From Eledone cirrhosa (Eukaryota): DNA of 64,000 nucleotides. The notes beneath the pieces were generated by a model, which saw only the letters and a program-made list of their open reading frames with translations, was not told where the DNA came from and searched no databases. Within the stretch, counting starts at the first letter, position 1. Each line of letters begins with the position of its first letter. Shown in pieces: positions 61,133-64,000 of the stretch. The stretch lies in the NCBI GenBank assembly GCA_964016885.1, contig OZ024745.1:104284001-104348000 (forward strand). The letters run 5' to 3'. A program made the translations under genes and the position numbers.

Positions 61133-62870
61133 ATATGTCAAGCTTGACATGAGGAATGCCTTCAATTCTTTACGCCGGGATCATCTGCTCGAGGCCTGCC
61201 TCAGCCGAACCCCCTCTGCCTACCCGCTGGCCTACCTGTCGTATGGAGCCCCGAGCATGCTCCTTGCTGCTGATACGGTCATACCCTCGGCTACTGGGGT
61301 CCAACAGGGCGACCCTTTGGGACCCCTCCTGTTCGCACTTGGTATTGACCACATCGCCCGCAGTATCACGGGCCCTCTCAACGTTTGGTATCTGGATGAT
61401 GTTACATTGGGCGGGCCCGTACGGACGGTCTGCTATTACCTTCAATAGATGGTTCCTGCCCTGGCGGGAGTCGGCCTCCAGGTCAACTCGGAGGTGGTGA
61501 ATGTCAGCCTCGATGCTGCGAGCTTTGCAGCCTCCGTCTTTGGCGTGCGGTCCATTCTCCGCCAGGTTCAGGTAACCCCCAAAGAAGATGTCCTCATCCT
61601 CGGGTCACCGATCCACCCGCCGGCCATCCGCTCCACCATCAGGTCCAGGCTTCAACAGCTCCAGACTCTCACGAGCCGACTGGGCTTGATTGACGGCCAC
61701 CCAGCTCTCTTTCTGCTGAGGAACTGCTTCGCCATGCCGAAGCTCCTCTATACACTCCGCAGCGCTCCGTTCTACACCCAGACATCTCTCCTCGCTGACC
61801 TCGATACTTGTATCCGTGCAGCAGCCGAGGAGATATGCAACATTAAGTTTGACGACATAGGGTGGTAACAGGCCACTTTACCTGTCAGGTATGGTGGCCT
61901 TGGCCTCCGGTCCCAGACTCACTAGCTTTGCCAGCATATCTTTCGTCGGTAACCTCGTGCCGCGTCCTCGTCAGCAGGGTTCTTCAAAACACAACAGAAC
62001 CCTCTGTGTTCAGAGAACATGACGCCGCCTGTGAGACGTGGAACCGGCTGGGACTTAGCCCAGTAGACGTCCCTCCTCCTTCTCCCCCTGTTGATGTCAA
62101 GTCCCCCCAAAGCACTTGGGATGCCATCCAGTGCAGCCTGGTTTCAGACAGGCTCACGCGCCAGCTCGACCAGCACCGGCTTGCTTGTTTTCGTGCGGCC
62201 TCCAAACTCCACAGTGGTGCCTGGCTCCATGCCCTGCCCTCCTTCTCCACTGGCACGCAGCTAGACTACCATAGCCTGCACATCGGCGTTTTCCTGAGGC
62301 TCGGCTCCGGATCTGCCAGCCACACCAATGTCGCTGCGGTTCCACCGTGGACTCTTTCGGCCTCCACCCGCATTTCTGTCGCCACAGTGCCGGCCGCCTT
62401 CCACACCATGCTGCCCTCAACGAGGTCATTAAGCATGGCTTGGACGCTGCAGGCTTCCCTTCCCAGCTGGAGCCGGTGGGGCTGGATCGAGGGGACGGCA
62501 AAAGGCCAGATGGCATGACCATCTTCTCGTTCCGCGGTGGCAAACCCCTCGTCTGGGATGCCACTTGCCCCGACACTTTCTGCAGCCGCGACCTGGTGCA
62601 GTCTGCGACTGATCCAGGTTTTGCTGCACGTCGGGCTGAGGGGGCCAAACTCTTCAAATACCGGTCGCTCTCCGACAGGTTGCGGTCGTAACGCTGGCAG
62701 TGGAGACTTCTGATGTCCTCGGCCCCAGGGCTACCTCCTTACTCACCACCATAGGCGCTGAGCTGGCCAGCCGCAGGTGTGAGCCCCGCGAGTTGGAGTG
62801 GATTTTCCAGCGCGTCTCCCTTGCCGTCCTCCGGGGAAACGCCTTCTCCATCCTGTCTGCCAGGGCTGTG
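61133..62870 (+). pseudogene. CRE-clade non-LTR element (RT + restriction-like endonuclease), truncated and decayed
   Basis: KLDMRNAFN, GVQQGDPLGPLLF, WYLDD, LPVRYGGLGL, SGAWLHALP, CRCG, GKRPDG...WDAT, with stops and frameshifts. Confidence 0.9.
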
Positions 62871-63646
62871 TGTGTGTGGGGGGAGGGGATCAAAACGTAT
62901 CATTCCATATTTAAGTATGGTCAATGAAGAATATGTGCCAATAGCCGGCTGTGGTTGGATTTCATGTACTTTTGCATGTCGTTTGAGCCCTCCCATTATT
63001 ATATCATGTCTTTCAGTTTGTATAGGTATATATTATTTTTGTCACACCACACCAGACTGCTTTTAGTAATAACTTCGTTGAAGTTATTTCTCATCAAGAT
63101 ATACAATCTTGCCAGAAATTGACTGCGAATTCGGTACTGCAGTATACAGGTGGCAATTTGACGTCATATAAAATATCTTGCGTTATTTGATGTGAATCTC
63201 TACGCTCTGAGCTCAAATCCTGGAGAGGTCAACTTACCCTTTAATCTTTTTAGAGTGAATCAAATTAAGTACCAGTCTAAGTCAGAGGATTTGTGAAATT
63301 ATTATAGCGTCAAGTAAACTATCTTTTAATAAAATACAAACCCAGTACGTCTTGGTGAATGTTCATAACTATTTCAAATTTAGGCTCAAGGGCAGCAATT
63401 TATGGGTAGGGCAAATCGATTACACCGATCCCAGTAATAAAATAGCACTTTATCTTATCGACCCCGGTAAAGTTGAATTTGGCGGGATTTGAGCTCAGAA
63501 CGAAAAGAAGCTGGACAAATGTAGCTACACATTTGTGCAATACTAGCGACTCATAAATCGCTCATCTTTCGCCCTGTTGAACGTTCAGAGAATTCAGTGC
63601 TGAACTCATTAACAATAATAACTTTTCTAGTCAGATTTAGAACATA

Positions 63647-63885
63647 GCCTGAAGTAGAGTAAAATAAAATATTATCAGCTGTATACTGGCAGAAGTTTAA
63701 TTTTTTTTCTTTAATAAAATAGAAATATCCCACAGGGCATTTTTTTTTACTAGAATATATATATATATATTCATATATTCTAGTAAAAAAAATGCCCTGT
63801 GGTATATTTCTATTTTCTTAAAGAAATAAAATTAAACTTCTGCCAGTATACAGCTGATAATATTTTATTTTACTCTACTTCAGGC
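63647..63885. repeat. ~110-bp-arm hairpin with (TA)n loop (foldback/MITE-like)
   Basis: GCCTGAAGTAGAGT...TACTAGAATATAT / ATATATTCTAGTA...ACTCTACTTCAGGC. Confidence 0.88.
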
Positions 63886-64000
63886 ATTGTTGCAGCATTA
63901 AAGAGGTTCTCAGCCTTGTGACACAAGTAACTCATTTCTTACGACTTTATATATCATTTTTATTTTTGGTATCATATATTACGTTTCATAGATATTTAGA

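Noticed and set aside
61062-61448. Zinc finger-RT fusion ORF
   Set aside because: Chance in-frame junction between an RTE-type C2H2 remnant and a truncated CRE element, with a stop soon after YLDD.
63647-63885. Hairpin as another hammerhead palindrome or a miRNA
   Set aside because: Only CTGATAA is present, without GAAA or stems; better explained as a foldback or MITE.

Overview
AT-rich, repeat-dominated animal genomic DNA, most consistent with an octopus or other cephalopod (inferred from the SINE family, microsatellite load and element mix). Most ORFs in the supplied track are translated microsatellite. The real content is: (1) a minus-strand host gene reconstructed from splice sites and reading phases (exons 44958-45009, 43818-43946, 25475-25704, 18360-18549, 17159-17272, possibly 16135-16256), encoding a secreted protein with an F5/8-type-C/galactose-binding-like domain, plus the 3' part of a tandem paralog (59716-59905, 52210-52335, possibly 50877-50951); (2) an apparently intact two-ORF CR1-group LINE whose ORF1 has a Myb-like region, polyQ and two CCCH fingers; (3) many Penelope-like element (PLE) pieces, including a ~375-codon GIY-YIG frame missed by the ORF track; (4) about a dozen hammerhead ribozyme (HHR) motifs, several in the outward-facing arms of long palindromes, one of which is split at its exact centre by a Helitron; (5) decayed Tigger/pogo, CR1, CRE, R4/Dong, RTE and Helitron elements, a solo LTR, MITEs and tRNA-derived SINEs. 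All calls were made by eye, with no database searches.
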